A stretch of 64,000 nucleotides of DNA from Alphaproteobacteria bacterium (lineage in GTDB: Bacteria > Pseudomonadota > Alphaproteobacteria > Bin95): NCBI GenBank assembly GCA_964291285.2, contig OZ219788.1, positions 384,001-448,000 of the forward strand, in the 5' to 3' direction. Made by a program: the position numbers and the translations under genes. Every line of letters begins with the position of its first letter. The first letter of the stretch is position 1. Shown here one piece after another: positions 9,279-20,077 of this stretch. The notes below the pieces were generated by a model. It was not told the origin of the DNA. It saw only the letters and a program-made list of their open reading frames with translations, and made no database searches.

Positions 9279-9986
9279 CTACGGCTCCTGCTTCTCGAAG
9301 GCGGAGAGCGGTTCGTCGAACACGAAGGCCTTGTCGTCCACCGGCTGGTTCGCCGCCACGTTGAAGAGCGTGACCCGCGTCGGCTGGCCGAGCGCGTCCA
9401 CCGCCACCCATCCCGTCAGTTTCAGCGTTCCGGACCGGTCGGCGAAGCTGACGGCGATCCGCCCGTCCTCGGGCGCATCGGCGTCCACGGCCGTGAAGAC
9501 GAGGACGCCGGGCGCGCGGTGGACGTCCACGACCCGGTAGGGGCTGCCCGGCGCCAGCGACACCCTGTCCGCCAGCAGGAACCAGGCGGGCGTGTCCGCC
9601 CAGTCGAGGCGGGTCGCCGTCTGCAGGTCGCGGTCGTAATAGACCAGCTCCGTGCCGTGCGACACCAGCAGGATCGGCGTCGGCGGGTCGTATTCGAAGC
9701 GCATCCGCCCCGGACGCCTGACCTGGAGCCTGCCGGTGGACGCCTCGCCCGACGCATCGAGCTGCACGAAGCGCGCCTGCAGCGTGGTTACGCTGTTGAG
9801 ATAGGCCTCGGCGCGGGCGATGGCGGCGCGGTCGCCGTCGTCGAGCGCGGCGCTGTCGCCCGCGGCCGGCCAGGCGAGCGCGAGGGACAGCAGGCCGGCC
9901 GCGGCGGCGCGGCCCAAACGGCCAAACGCGGCGGCGCGGCCCGAACGGCCAAACGCGGCCACGCGGCCGGGACGGTCAGTCGCCAT
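9279..9986 (-). CDS. lolA: Outer-membrane lipoprotein carrier LolA
   Basis: [24 protein letters not shown]; directly downstream of ftsK. Confidence 0.9.
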   Translation of the reverse strand: MATDRPGRVAAFGRSGRAAAFGRLGRAAAAGLLSLALAWPAAGDSAALDDGDRAAIARAEAYLNSVTTLQARFVQLDASGEASTGRLQVRRPGRMRFEYDPPTPILLVSHGTELVYYDRDLQTATRLDWADTPAWFLLADRVSLAPGSPYRVVDVHRAPGVLVFTAVDADAPEDGRIAVSFADRSGTLKLTGWVAVDALGQPTRVTLFNVAANQPVDDKAFVFDEPLSAFEKQEP

Positions 9987-12345
9987 GGCTGCTCACCAGC
10001 ACCTCGCGCTTGTTCTGGTGGTTGGGGCCGCTGACGACGCCCTGGGCCTCCATTTCCTCGACGATCCGCGCCGCCCGGTTGTAGCCGATGCGCAGATGGC
10101 GCTGGATGAGGCTGACGGAGACCTTGCGCTCCCGGGCCACGAAGGCCACCGCGCGGTCGTAGAGGTCGTCCTCGCCGGTTTCGCCCTCGGCCTTCTCGAA
10201 ACCGGGAATCCCGGAGGCGACATCCTCGTCCTCGGTGATCGCGTCGAGATAGTCCGGCGCGCCCTGCGCCTTCAGGTGGGAGACGATCTCCTCGACCTCC
10301 TCGTCCGAGACGAAGGGGCCGTGGATGCGGGCGATGCGCCCGCCGCCAGCCATGAACAGCATGTCGCCCTGGCCGAGAAGCTGCTCCGCGCCGCCCTCGC
10401 CCAGAATGGTGCGGCTGTCGATCTTGGAGGTGACCTGGAAGCTGATCCGGGTCGGGAAGTTCGCCTTGATCGTCCCGGTGATGACATCGACGGACGGGCG
10501 CTGGGTCGCCATCAGCAGGTGGATGCCGGCGGCCCGCGCCATCTGGGCGAGGCGCTGGATCGCGGTCTCGATGTCGTTGCGCGCCACCAGCATGAGGTCG
10601 GCGAGCTCGTCGATCACCACCACGATGAAGGGCAGCGGGCGCATGTCGAGCGGCTGGTCCTCGAACTCCGGCGCGCCCGTCTCCGGGTCGTAGCCGGTCT
10701 GCACCCGGCGGGTCAGGGTCTCGCCCTGCCTGAGCGCCTCGGCGATGCGCGCATTGTAGCCGCCGATATTGCGCACCCCGAGCGCGGACATCGCCCGGTA
10801 GCGGTTCTCCATCTCGCGCACGGTCCATTTGAGCGCGGTGACGGCCTTCCTGGGGTCGGTGACCACGGGGGTCAGGAGGTGCGGGATCCCCTCATAGACC
10901 GAGAGTTCCAGCATTTTCGGATCGACCATGATGAGCCGGCAGCGTTCCGGCGCCAGCCTGTAGAGCAGCGAGAGGATCATGGTGTTGATCGCCACCGACT
11001 TGCCGGAGCCCGTCGTGCCGGCGATCAGCAGGTGCGGCATCCGTTCGAGCTGGGCGATCCTCGGGGCCCCGCCGATATCCTTGCCGAGGATCAGCGGCAG
11101 GTCGGCCTTCGAGAGTTCGTAGGCCTCGGTCTCGATCAACTCGCGCATGAAGACCGTCTGGCGGATGCGGTTCGGCATCTCGATGCCGATCACCGTGCGG
11201 CCGGGAACCAGCGCGACGCGCACCGAGATCGCGGACATGTAGCGCGCAATGTCGTCGGCAAGGCCGATGATGCGGGAAGACTTGATGCCCGCCTGCGGCT
11301 CGAACTCGTAGAGCGTCACCACGGGGCCGGGCCGCGTCGCCACCACCTCGCCGCCGATGCCGAAATCCTCCAGCACCGACATCAGCAGCGCGGCGTTGCG
11401 CTCCAGCGTTTCCGCGTCCGGCAGGCCGCGCTCGGCATCGGGCGGCGGCAGTTGCAGCAGTTCGACCGGCGGCGCCATGTAGCCACCGTCGAGCGGCAGG
11501 CTGCGCTGCTGGATCGCCGGCCCGCGTTTCCGGCGCCGCGGCGGCTGTTCCGGCGCGGGCGGCGGCGGCACCGGCGGCACCTCCTCCGCTTCCGCGGGAG
11601 GAACCGGACCGTCCTCCCGGACCTCGGCCTGGCGCAGGGTGGGCGCGGCCCGCCGGCGGGTGCGCTGCGGCGCTTCCGTCTGCCGCGCATGGCCGGGGAG
11701 GTTGACCGACGGCACCGGCACGCTGCGGGCCGCCCGGCGCAGCCCGCGCCCGGCGGCGACCACCCCGCCGCCGACCCAGGCCCAGTCCTCCAGGTCGAAG
11801 CCGAACGCCCAGGCCGCGAGCACCGCGCCCAGGCCGAGCGCCGCGGCGCCGGCGAGCCATGCCGGAGCGCCGGTCAGCAGGCCCGCATGCTGGAGCAGCA
11901 CGGTCCCGGCGACGCCGCCCGGGCCCTCGTGGAGCGGCCAGTCGGCGATGCCCTGAAGCGCCGCCAGGCCCATGGCGAGGCAGGGCAGCACGAGGACCAG
12001 CGCGCCCAGGCGCAGCGCCGTGCGGCGGGTCCGCTTCAGCTTGAGGCCCCGGCAGCCCCAGGCGACCGGGCCGACGGCCACGGCCGCGGCCGCGGCGCCG
12101 AAGCCGCGCAGCAGCCAGTCCGCGATCCAGGCGCCGGCCCCGCCCAGCACGTTCGAGGTCGAGCCGCCCGAGGCGACATTGGCCGACGGGTCGGAGGCGT
12201 CGTAGGTGACTAGCGCCAGCGCCAGCGCCAGCCCGAAGGCCAGTTGCGCGCTTCCGAGCGCCCTCAGCCCCATCCGGCGAAGGCCGCGGCGCAGCCGGGG
12301 CGGGAACAGCACCGGCCGCTCTGAACGCATGATCGCGCTGGTCAT
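9976..12345 (-). CDS. ftsK: DNA translocase FtsK
   Basis: N-terminal TM region, [34 protein letters not shown], gamma domain IGYNRAAR. Confidence 0.97.
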   Translation of the reverse strand: MTSAIMRSERPVLFPPRLRRGLRRMGLRALGSAQLAFGLALALALVTYDASDPSANVASGGSTSNVLGGAGAWIADWLLRGFGAAAAAVAVGPVAWGCRGLKLKRTRRTALRLGALVLVLPCLAMGLAALQGIADWPLHEGPGGVAGTVLLQHAGLLTGAPAWLAGAAALGLGAVLAAWAFGFDLEDWAWVGGGVVAAGRGLRRAARSVPVPSVNLPGHARQTEAPQRTRRRAAPTLRQAEVREDGPVPPAEAEEVPPVPPPPAPEQPPRRRKRGPAIQQRSLPLDGGYMAPPVELLQLPPPDAERGLPDAETLERNAALLMSVLEDFGIGGEVVATRPGPVVTLYEFEPQAGIKSSRIIGLADDIARYMSAISVRVALVPGRTVIGIEMPNRIRQTVFMRELIETEAYELSKADLPLILGKDIGGAPRIAQLERMPHLLIAGTTGSGKSVAINTMILSLLYRLAPERCRLIMVDPKMLELSVYEGIPHLLTPVVTDPRKAVTALKWTVREMENRYRAMSALGVRNIGGYNARIAEALRQGETLTRRVQTGYDPETGAPEFEDQPLDMRPLPFIVVVIDELADLMLVARNDIETAIQRLAQMARAAGIHLLMATQRPSVDVITGTIKANFPTRISFQVTSKIDSRTILGEGGAEQLLGQGDMLFMAGGGRIARIHGPFVSDEEVEEIVSHLKAQGAPDYLDAITEDEDVASGIPGFEKAEGETGEDDLYDRAVAFVARERKVSVSLIQRHLRIGYNRAARIVEEMEAQGVVSGPNHQNKREVLVSSHGD

Positions 12346-12402
12346 CGGACTGACTCCGAAATGTCAAATTTACCGTTATTATACGGCCGTTTGCCCGCTT
12401 GT

Positions 12403-13311
12403 TCAAGTGTCGGTGGAAGCATCGCGAACCGCCCCGGACCGGGCCAGCCGGCTTTCGCGGAAGGCGATATAGGTGGCCGAGGCGAAAATCACCGCGCCGC
12501 CGAGCCAGGACCGGGCGTCCGGCACCTCCGCGAACAGGAAGAACCCGGCGAGGCTCGCCCAGATCAGCCTGAGGAAGTCGAGCGGCAGCACCGCCGTCGA
12601 GTCGGCGAGCTTGACGGCCTGCGCGAACGCGATGTGGCCGGCCGTGCCGACGATGCCGATGGCCGCGAACCAGAGATAGTGCTCCGCCGCCGGCCACTCC
12701 CACACGAACAGCGCCGGCACGAAGGTGATCGGGGTGAGGAAGAGGCCCATATAGACGGTCTGGGTCACGCTCGATTCGGTCCGGGCCAGCACCTTGATGA
12801 GGGTGATCGCCATGCCCCAGGTGAGCGAGGAGACGACGATCAGCAGCGCGCCGGTGCTGATCTCCGCGAAGCCCGGCCGCAGCACCAGCAGCACGCCGGC
12901 GAAGCCCAGCACCAGCGCCGTGATGCGCCGCGCCCGGATGACCTCGCCCAGCAGGACCACCGCCAGCAGGCTGCCGAACAGCGGCGCGGAGAAGGACAGC
13001 GCCGTGACCTCGGCGAGCGGGATCATCGTGACCCCGGTGAAGAAGGCCAGCATCCCGCCCGCCTGCACCGCGCCCCTCAGCGCATGGAGGTGCAGCTTCC
13101 CCGTGCGCAGCGGTGCGGCGCCGTGGCGCAGGAAGATCGGCGCGAGCGCCAGCAGGCCGAACAGGTTGCGGAAGAAGGCGACCTCGAACGGCGGCAGCGC
13201 CTCGCCCATCATCCGCACCATCGTCTGCATCGCCGTGAAGCAGAGCGTGACGGCGACCATCAGGGACATGCCCTGCGCGATGGGCGGCAGGGCCTGGAAG
13301 CGCGCGAGCAT
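12403..13311 (-). CDS. DMT/EamA family transporter
   Basis: Multi-TM protein with FFRN, LLGE, LRPG and F.EVP motifs; start at MLARFQ. Confidence 0.88.
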   Translation of the reverse strand: MLARFQALPPIAQGMSLMVAVTLCFTAMQTMVRMMGEALPPFEVAFFRNLFGLLALAPIFLRHGAAPLRTGKLHLHALRGAVQAGGMLAFFTGVTMIPLAEVTALSFSAPLFGSLLAVVLLGEVIRARRITALVLGFAGVLLVLRPGFAEISTGALLIVVSSLTWGMAITLIKVLARTESSVTQTVYMGLFLTPITFVPALFVWEWPAAEHYLWFAAIGIVGTAGHIAFAQAVKLADSTAVLPLDFLRLIWASLAGFFLFAEVPDARSWLGGAVIFASATYIAFRESRLARSGAVRDASTDT

Positions 13312-13479
13312 ACGGCCTTTCCGGACAGCGGACCGCCAGACATAGGCCGCCCCGCCGCATCGGTCGAGACGCCGCCGGCAGGCCAGAGGGTCGCAGCCCC
13401 GGTTCGACAGCCCGGCGTCCCTCATCCTGAGTAGCCCGCCTCCGCCCCCACCGCCGCCTGCCCCCGCGAACCGGCGGGG

Positions 13480-13608
13480 GTCACCCCCGCGAAGGCGGGG
13501 GGCCATCCCTGACCGTTTGCGTCCGCCGCAGCCGTTCGAAACGGGCCCGGACCGCCTGCGTCCGCCGGGAGTGTCAGGGATGGACCCCGGCTCGGAGGCC
13601 GGGGTGAC
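13480..13608. repeat. REP-like palindromic element (two inverted units)
   Basis: GTCACCCCCGCGAAGGCGGGGGGCCATCCCTGAC ... GTCAGGGATGGACCCCGGCTCGGAGGCCGGGGTGAC; each unit is itself a hairpin. Confidence 0.6.
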
Positions 13609-13653
13609 GAAAGGGGGCGCGGTGATGCAAGGGGGAGCCGGGCGCCGTCCACG

Positions 13654-13684
13654 AAAAAAAGCGGGCCGCCCGGAGGCGGCCCGC
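13654..13684 (-). terminator. Rho-independent terminator of the porin gene
   Basis: 10-bp perfect GC stem GCGGGCCGCC/GGCGGCCCGC followed by T7 on the minus strand. Confidence 0.85.
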
Positions 13685-13711
13685 CCGTCAGTTCCCGGTG
13701 AGGGAGACGGA

Positions 13712-15304
13712 TCAGAAGCTGAGCGTGATGCCGGTGACGAAGGCGGTGCCTTCGGCGTCGGTCTCGTCGTCAGCCATCGTGGTCGCGTCGTCCGTGCCGG
13801 TATTGTCCTCGACCTGGAAGATCGAGGTCTTCCACGCCACGCCCGGCGCCAGCGTGTAGCTGCCGGAGAGCATGGTGGCGTTGCGCTCCGTGCCGGCGTC
13901 GGTCTCATGGGTCATGTGGCCGAGGCTGATCGACATCGGGCCGTCCGTGTAGGTGACGCTCACGCCCCAGACGTCGAAGTCCTTCGACGTGTCGCTCACG
14001 ACCGCCTCGGTGTGCTCGGCAACGAGATTGTTCGCCATAGCGTCGTTGCAGGCGCCATCGCCGGTTGCGGGGCAACGCGGATCGTCCATCTTCTTGTCGG
14101 CCCAGTTGAATTCGGCGCCGCTGACAAATAGCGCGCCAGCGGCCAGATCCGCTGTACCCTTCTTGTACGCTTTGCGGCCGACATCAGCGAGCGCAGATTT
14201 CAAGGCCGCTGCGGTAGTTGCGACATCGCCCGCGTCGGTGGCGGTATTGCTACCCACAGCATACATGATCGGCGTCTTCTGGACCTTGTAGGCGCCGCCG
14301 TCGGAGGTGGCGTAGGCAACGTTGAACTTGAACGCGCCGAAGCTGACGCCCACGCCGGCATTGGTGTAGGTCGCGTCGTCGGCCAGCTTCGACTTGGTCG
14401 TAGCCGGGATGAAATGCAGCTCGTTCTGGCCGGCGGCGTCGACGTCAGTTGCACCGACGATCGTCGTGCCTTTCTCATGACCCCCGCTATCAAGCGCCTT
14501 CCGGTCGCAGGCGGTGTTGGCCAACGCGCTGTACTTTGCCGATCCGCCATCGACGTTCTTCGTCGTCAGGCCGCACAGGTGGTTGCGCCCGGAGGCGTCG
14601 ACCATCTGTTCGCCCGTCTGGCTCCGGCTGCGGTGGCCGAGCGAGAAGGTGACGGCCATGTCGCCGACTTCCTGGCTGAAATTGACGGCCGCGCCCCAGG
14701 AGGCGTCGTCATTGCCCTTGGGCGCGCTGGTGACGCCGCTCTCGTTGGTGGAGTCGGGCGCGTAGGACACGCCGATCTGGAGGCCGGAGATGCGCGGCGA
14801 GATGTAGTTCAGCTTCACGCTGTCGCCGCCGCCTGCCGTGCCGGCATGGCCCGCGGTCTCGAGATAGGCGCCCGGAATCCACTTCTGCGTGTCGCCGGAG
14901 GTGATGCCCACGCCGACATCGCTGATGCCGGAGTGCATCCGCACCATCGCGTGGTCGCGCGCGCCGAACTCGATCTGGCCGAACTCGCCGCTGACGCGGG
15001 CGAAGGATTCGTCGATTTCCGCCGCCTTGTCCCCGTTCTGGTTGCCTTCGAGCTCGACATGGATGGTGTATTTCAGGCCCATGTCGGACTCCAGCGAGCC
15101 CTTGAAGTGGACCTCGCTGTCCGACTGGGTGTCCCAGCCGCCTTCCGCGCCGGCATCGTCGCGGTTGGCGTAGCCGAACCACTGCTGCATGTAGCCGCCG
15201 ACGCCGACCGACAACATGTCAGCCGCCGAAGCCGGCCCCGCCGCCATGACTCCGGCGCATGCCAGAGCGCCGGCAGCTGCGGTCGTCATGAGGAAATTTC
15301 TCAT
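13712..15304 (-). CDS. Gram-negative porin with two large inserted loops
   Basis: Signal peptide MRNFLMTTAAA, SEVHFKGS, IDES...SGEFGQIEFG, Y.SPRISGLQIGVSYAPD, C-terminal ITLSF. Confidence 0.88.
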   Translation of the reverse strand: MRNFLMTTAAAGALACAGVMAAGPASAADMLSVGVGGYMQQWFGYANRDDAGAEGGWDTQSDSEVHFKGSLESDMGLKYTIHVELEGNQNGDKAAEIDESFARVSGEFGQIEFGARDHAMVRMHSGISDVGVGITSGDTQKWIPGAYLETAGHAGTAGGGDSVKLNYISPRISGLQIGVSYAPDSTNESGVTSAPKGNDDASWGAAVNFSQEVGDMAVTFSLGHRSRSQTGEQMVDASGRNHLCGLTTKNVDGGSAKYSALANTACDRKALDSGGHEKGTTIVGATDVDAAGQNELHFIPATTKSKLADDATYTNAGVGVSFGAFKFNVAYATSDGGAYKVQKTPIMYAVGSNTATDAGDVATTAAALKSALADVGRKAYKKGTADLAAGALFVSGAEFNWADKKMDDPRCPATGDGACNDAMANNLVAEHTEAVVSDTSKDFDVWGVSVTYTDGPMSISLGHMTHETDAGTERNATMLSGSYTLAPGVAWKTSIFQVEDNTGTDDATTMADDETDAEGTAFVTGITLSF

Positions 15305-15623
15305 AATCCCCGTTGCGGGACGTTCTGCTGAAATTGCCCATAATTCCTGTTGCGGTTTTGCGGCGGCAAAAGGCTTGATTTTCCGATTTTCAGGGACGGA
15401 ATTATCTGATCGGCAAATGTGTGGCGCCGCTGCAACAGTGCTCGTCGGCCGGTGGGGAGTCCGCGCCGGCGTCCGGGCCGGAGGAAGGACCGTCCGCAAG
15501 GTCCTCTCCCTGCCTCTCCCGCAGGCGGGAGAGGAGGCTTCAGGGCGCGCGCCTTTTCCTCCTCCCTCGCAAGCGGAATATGAACAATTTCGGATAAGTT
15601 TGATTTTTATTCGTGTTTTGATC

Positions 15624-15650
15624 TTGACATCTGGCGGATTGTGGTATGAT
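15624..15650 (+). promoter_or_regulatory. Putative sigma70-like promoter
   Basis: TTGACA-15nt-TATGAT with TGn extended -10 and an AT-rich upstream tract; spacer is short. Confidence 0.35.
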
Positions 15651-16126
15651 GGTCCCCAGGGAAGCGGCATCCGGAGCCGCGTCCCCGGTGCTGCGCAGCG
15701 CCAGTTTCTGAAAACCCGCGAGAAGCCGACGGGAGACGTGCGTCCTGCGTCTCGCGCGCGCAATCAGGCGCGCGAACCGCGCCGGCGCCGACACGCGCCC
15801 GCGCGGGATACGCGCGAAACAGGGACCCGCTCCCCGTCGGAGAGGAGAGACGATGACCGCAACCGACCCCCGCCCCGCACTGGCGGCGATGCTGCCGGAG
15901 CGCCTCGCACCCGCAGCCGAAGCCCGCGCCGCGCCGGCCCGCAGAGGCGGAGACGGCAGCGGGCCATGACATTCCATGACACTCTCGTCAGTCCCCGCCC
16001 CCGAGCCCTGCCGGATTCGTACATCTCCGGCGTTGGCTTCGCATCGCACGGCCCTCAACCGTCAGCCCGGCCCCCGGGCCGGGCTGACGAAGGGGGTGCA
16101 GCGGACCATGACATTTCCGCAGGGCC

Positions 16127-16812
16127 TGGAGTGGGCCCCTGGTCTCGGACAGTTTTGTTGTAGGAAATTGACAGGTGCGCGGTCATTGGAAGGATCGACG
16201 CCGATGAGGAAGCACCGCACGCACAGCATGGCCTTCAAGCGCCAGGTCGTTGAGGAGTATCTGGCAGGCGAGACGTTTTACGGTCTGGCCCGCCGTCATG
16301 ACCTGTCTCGCACCCTGATCCGGCTGTGGCTGGAGAAATACGAGGCCGGCGCCTTCGATGAGGAGGCCGAGGCGGCTGACACGCTCCGGGCGTATGAGGC
16401 CCGGATCGCGACGCTCGAACGGCTGGTCGGCCGGCAGGCCGCGGAGCTGGAGTTCCTAAAGGGGGCTTTGCGGCAAGGACGGCGGTCGAGGCGCGCGCCC
16501 ATGTCCGTGATCGCCGGCCCCGAGGCCTCTCCGTCGCCGAAGGATGCCGACTGATGGGGATCGCGCGCTCCACCTGTTACCGCGAGCCGCAGAGCCCGGT
16601 CGACGACACCGCCCTGGTCGAGGCGATGCACGAGATCAAGGACGAGTTCGAGGCCTATGGCTGGCGGCGCATGCAGGCGGAACTTCGCCACCGGGGCCGG
16701 ACCGTCAACCACAAGAAGGTCAGGCGGCTGATGCGCGAACACGCCCTGCAGCCGCCGCGCAAGCGCCGCTTTGTCGCCACCACGGACAGCGGCCACGACG
16801 GGCCGGTCTTCC
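16127..16812 (+). mobile_element. IS3-family element, 5' part only
   Basis: TG-starting left end TGGAGTGGGCCCC..., orfA/orfB with a CTAAAGGGGG slippery-like site; cut at 16812. Confidence 0.75.
16204..16554 (+). CDS. IS3-family OrfA (HTH)
   Basis: HSMAFKRQVV...LARRHDLSRTLIRLW, LERLVGRQ..ELEFLKG. Confidence 0.8.
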   Translation: MRKHRTHSMAFKRQVVEEYLAGETFYGLARRHDLSRTLIRLWLEKYEAGAFDEEAEAADTLRAYEARIATLERLVGRQAAELEFLKGALRQGRRSRRAPMSVIAGPEASPSPKDAD

Positions 16813-16817
16813 TGTAG
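16554..16817 (+). pseudogene. IS3-family OrfB, truncated before the DDE core
   Basis: YGWRRM..EL...VNHKKVRRLMRE..TTDS then interrupted by the IS21-like end. Confidence 0.8.
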
Positions 16818-17193
16818 GTGACGGTCGTAAAAGGCGCTTATTTGCTGGCGTTGCGCGTTTTTGCGGGGCGTGATGATCGCAGTGATTGTGGTGCGGCGGT
16901 GTTTGTGACGGGGGCCTGGGACGGAAGGAGGGCGTAGCCCGACTGGAGTCGCCGGCCCCCGTCGCGTTGATATTTTCGCCTGCCGAGGGGAGGGTGTCCT
17001 GGCGCTGTCGGCGGGGGTCGCCGGGCTGCGCGAGGGGGTAGACTGGGGCTGCTGAGAACGATGCGGCGCCGGCCCCGTTTGCTAGGTGGCAACGACCGGC
17101 GCCGCACCCCCCGAGCCATGCAAGGCACGGCCCGTATGCGCAGTATCGTAGGCGTTCGGGCGTGGGTCCACCCCGTTCTCATCGGTCTTTGCG

Positions 17194-17628
17194 ATGAGGA
17201 ACGCCGCCCGCCTGTTCACCTGCGCTTCGTGCCATCGCCAGGTTGTGCTGTGCCGGCGGTGCGACCACGGCAACATCTACTGCTCGCGTCCGTGCAGCGG
17301 CCGGGCGCGGCGGCGCTCGCTGCGCCTTGCCGGGCGTCGCTACCAGAACAGCCGGCGGGGCCGTCACAAGCATGCCGAACGCCAGCGGCGCTACCGCGAG
17401 CGCCGTCGCGTCCGTGCGCCTGAGGAGGGGCGCCGTGCGCAGAAAGTGACGCATCACCCTTTGACCCGTTCACCGCGCCGTCCTGTTGTGGCGGGCATGC
17501 CGGCGGGGCGCTCGGGAAGGAGGCCCTTCGGACCCGACCGTCCCGCCGGAGTGTTCCGCTGCGATCACTGCGGGCGGTTCTGCGCCCGGGCGGTCTATCC
17601 GGGCCTGCGCCCGGCGCGAAGGGAGTGA
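17194..17628 (+). CDS. Cys-rich basic hypothetical protein upstream of istA
   Basis: CASC..CRRC..YCSRPC and CDHC motifs; TGA-G-ATG coupling to istA. Confidence 0.65.
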   Translation: MRNAARLFTCASCHRQVVLCRRCDHGNIYCSRPCSGRARRRSLRLAGRRYQNSRRGRHKHAERQRRYRERRRVRAPEEGRRAQKVTHHPLTRSPRRPVVAGMPAGRSGRRPFGPDRPAGVFRCDHCGRFCARAVYPGLRPARRE

Positions 17629-17629
17629 G

Positions 17630-19135
17630 ATGGCGATCGACCAGCAGACCCGGGCCGAGATCCTGCGGCTGTATTTTGCCGAGAAGTGGCGGATCGGCAC
17701 GATCGCGCGCCAGCTCGGCGTCCACCACGGCACGGTCGAGCGCGCGGTGGCGGCCGCCGGGGCGCCCACGCCTGAGAAGCGGCGCAGATCTTCGATGATC
17801 GATCCGTTCCTGCCCTTCGTCCGCCAGACCCTGGCGGTCTGGCCGAAGTTGCCCTCCAGCCGGCTCTACCGGATGGCGGTCGAGCGCGGTTACCGGGGGT
17901 GCGAGAGCCACTTCCGGCGCATGATCGCGCCCGAGCGTCCGCGGCCGGTGGCCGAGGCCTATCTGCGCCTCAAGGCCCTGCCCGGCGAGCAGGCCCAGGT
18001 CGACTGGGCCCACTTCGGCAAGGTGAGGATCGGGCGTGCGGAGCGCCCGCTGATGGCCTTCGTGATGGTGCTCGGCCACTCGCGCCGCCTCTTCCTGCGC
18101 TTCTACCTCAACGCCGGGATGGACAACTTCCTGCGCGGCCATGTCGAGGCCTTCGAGGCTTGGCAGGGCGTGCCCCGCGAGCTCTGGTACGACAATCTGA
18201 AGAGCGTCGTGCTGGAGCGGCGCGGCGACGCCATCCGCTTCAATCCCCGGCTTCTCGACTTCGCAGGCGCCTACCGCTTCCTGCCGAAGCCGGTCGCGGT
18301 CGCCCGAGGCAACGAGAAGGGCCGCGTCGAGCGGGCCATACGCTATGTGCGCGACAGCTTCTTCGCCGCCCGCGCCTGGCGTGACCTCGACGATCTCAAC
18401 GCCCAGGCCCGGGAGTGGTGCGAGGGCGTCGCCGCCGACCGCCCCTGGCCGGACGACCGCTCCCTCACCGTGAGCGAGGCCTTCGAGCGCGAGCGCGGCT
18501 CCCTGATGGCGCTGCCCGACGACCGTCCCCCCGTCGACGAGAGGGTCGAGGTCAGGATCGCCAAGACCCCCTATGCCAGGTTCGACCTCAATGACTACAG
18601 CGTCCCGCATACCCATGTCCGGCGCACCCTCACCGTGGCCGCGACGCTGGAAGAGGTGCGCATCCTCGACGGCATGGAGGTCATCGCCCGCCATCCGCGC
18701 AGCTTCGACAAGGCGGCCCGCATCGAGAACCCCGAACACATTGAGGAGCTGGTCAGGCGCAAGCGTCACGCCCGCAGCCTGCGCGGGCAGAGCCGGCTGC
18801 TCCAGGCCGCGCCCAACAGCGAGCGCCTGATCGCCGAGGCCGCCCCCCGCGGCGCTTATATCGGCGCCACCGTCGCCGCCCTGCTGCGCCTGCTCGACCA
18901 ATACGGCGCCGCCGAGCTCGAAGCCGCCATCGACGAGGCCCTCGAACGCGGCGTCCCCCATCCCAATGCCGTGCGCCTCAGCCTCACACGGCGGCGCGAA
19001 CTGCAGGACAGGCCGCCGCCGATCCCCATCGACCTGCCCAGGGACCCGCGCGTGCGCGACATCGCCGTGCGCGATCACGATCTCGGCGGATACGACGGGC
19101 TGGCCGGCTACCATGAAAAGGACAGCGAAGAATGA
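17630..19135 (+). CDS. istA: IS21-family transposase IstA
   Basis: PGEQAQVDW, LGHSR, YDNLKSVV, EKGRVERAIRYVR. Confidence 0.93.
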   Translation: MAIDQQTRAEILRLYFAEKWRIGTIARQLGVHHGTVERAVAAAGAPTPEKRRRSSMIDPFLPFVRQTLAVWPKLPSSRLYRMAVERGYRGCESHFRRMIAPERPRPVAEAYLRLKALPGEQAQVDWAHFGKVRIGRAERPLMAFVMVLGHSRRLFLRFYLNAGMDNFLRGHVEAFEAWQGVPRELWYDNLKSVVLERRGDAIRFNPRLLDFAGAYRFLPKPVAVARGNEKGRVERAIRYVRDSFFAARAWRDLDDLNAQAREWCEGVAADRPWPDDRSLTVSEAFERERGSLMALPDDRPPVDERVEVRIAKTPYARFDLNDYSVPHTHVRRTLTVAATLEEVRILDGMEVIARHPRSFDKAARIENPEHIEELVRRKRHARSLRGQSRLLQAAPNSERLIAEAAPRGAYIGATVAALLRLLDQYGAAELEAAIDEALERGVPHPNAVRLSLTRRRELQDRPPPIPIDLPRDPRVRDIAVRDHDLGGYDGLAGYHEKDSEE

Positions 19136-19926
19136 CCGACACCCTCATGAACCGCGCCCGCGCGCTGGGCCTGCACGGCCTCCTCGCCCATTGGGGCGAA
19201 GTCGCGGAGCGCGACTGGCTCGCCTCCCTGATCGCGTGGGAAGAAGATGAGAAGCGCGCCCGAAGCCTCAAACGCCGCCTCGCCGACGCCCGCCTCGGAC
19301 AGTTCAAGCCGCTCGCAGACTTCGACTGGGACTGGCCAAGGCGCTGCGACCGCATGGCCGTCGAGGACCTCATGACCCTCGACTTCCTCAAGGAGGCCGC
19401 AAACCTCGTACTGGTCGGACCCAACGGCGTCGGAAAGTCCACCATCGCCGCCAATATCGCCCACCGCGCCGTCCTCGAAGGCCACATCGTGCGCTTCGCA
19501 ACCGCCGCCAGCCTGCTCGGCGAACTCGCCGCCATCGACTCCGACACCCTGCTCCAGCGCAGGCTGCGCTTCTACGCCCGACAGCACCTGCTGGTCATCG
19601 ACGAAGTCGGATATCTCTCCTACTCCAACCGCCACGCCGACCTGCTGTTCAACATCGTCTCAAGCCGCAGCCAGCAGAACTCAACCATAATCACCACGAA
19701 CCGCCCCTTCGCCGAGTGGAGCGAGGCCTTCCCAAACGCCGCCTGCCTGGTCGCCCTCGTCGACCGGCTCGTCCACAACGCCGAGATCGTCGCCATCGAC
19801 GGCGACTCCTGGCGCCGCAAGGAAGCCGAGGAACGTCAGAAGCAGCGCAGCGCCGAACGCCGCCGCCGGCGCGGACCGAAAGCCGGGCAAAGCACTGGAA
19901 AGGCGAACCCGGTCCCGTCGCCATAG
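19132..19926 (+). CDS. istB: IS21 helper ATPase IstB
   Basis: GPNGVGKS, LLVIDEVGYL, IITTNRPF.EW, DRLVH; ATGA overlap with istA. Confidence 0.93.
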   Translation: MTDTLMNRARALGLHGLLAHWGEVAERDWLASLIAWEEDEKRARSLKRRLADARLGQFKPLADFDWDWPRRCDRMAVEDLMTLDFLKEAANLVLVGPNGVGKSTIAANIAHRAVLEGHIVRFATAASLLGELAAIDSDTLLQRRLRFYARQHLLVIDEVGYLSYSNRHADLLFNIVSSRSQQNSTIITTNRPFAEWSEAFPNAACLVALVDRLVHNAEIVAIDGDSWRRKEAEERQKQRSAERRRRRGPKAGQSTGKANPVPSP

Positions 19927-20077
19927 CCATGCATCCCTCCCGCCCCCGCGAGCGGCGGGTGCGGGCCGAGAGCCTGCGGGGCTATCCCCTCGAACCCGTC
20001 GCCCGAGCCCTCGGCTACCGCAGCGATCCCGACAATGCCGTGCGCTGGAGACGGCCAGGATCGGTCCTCTCCATCAA

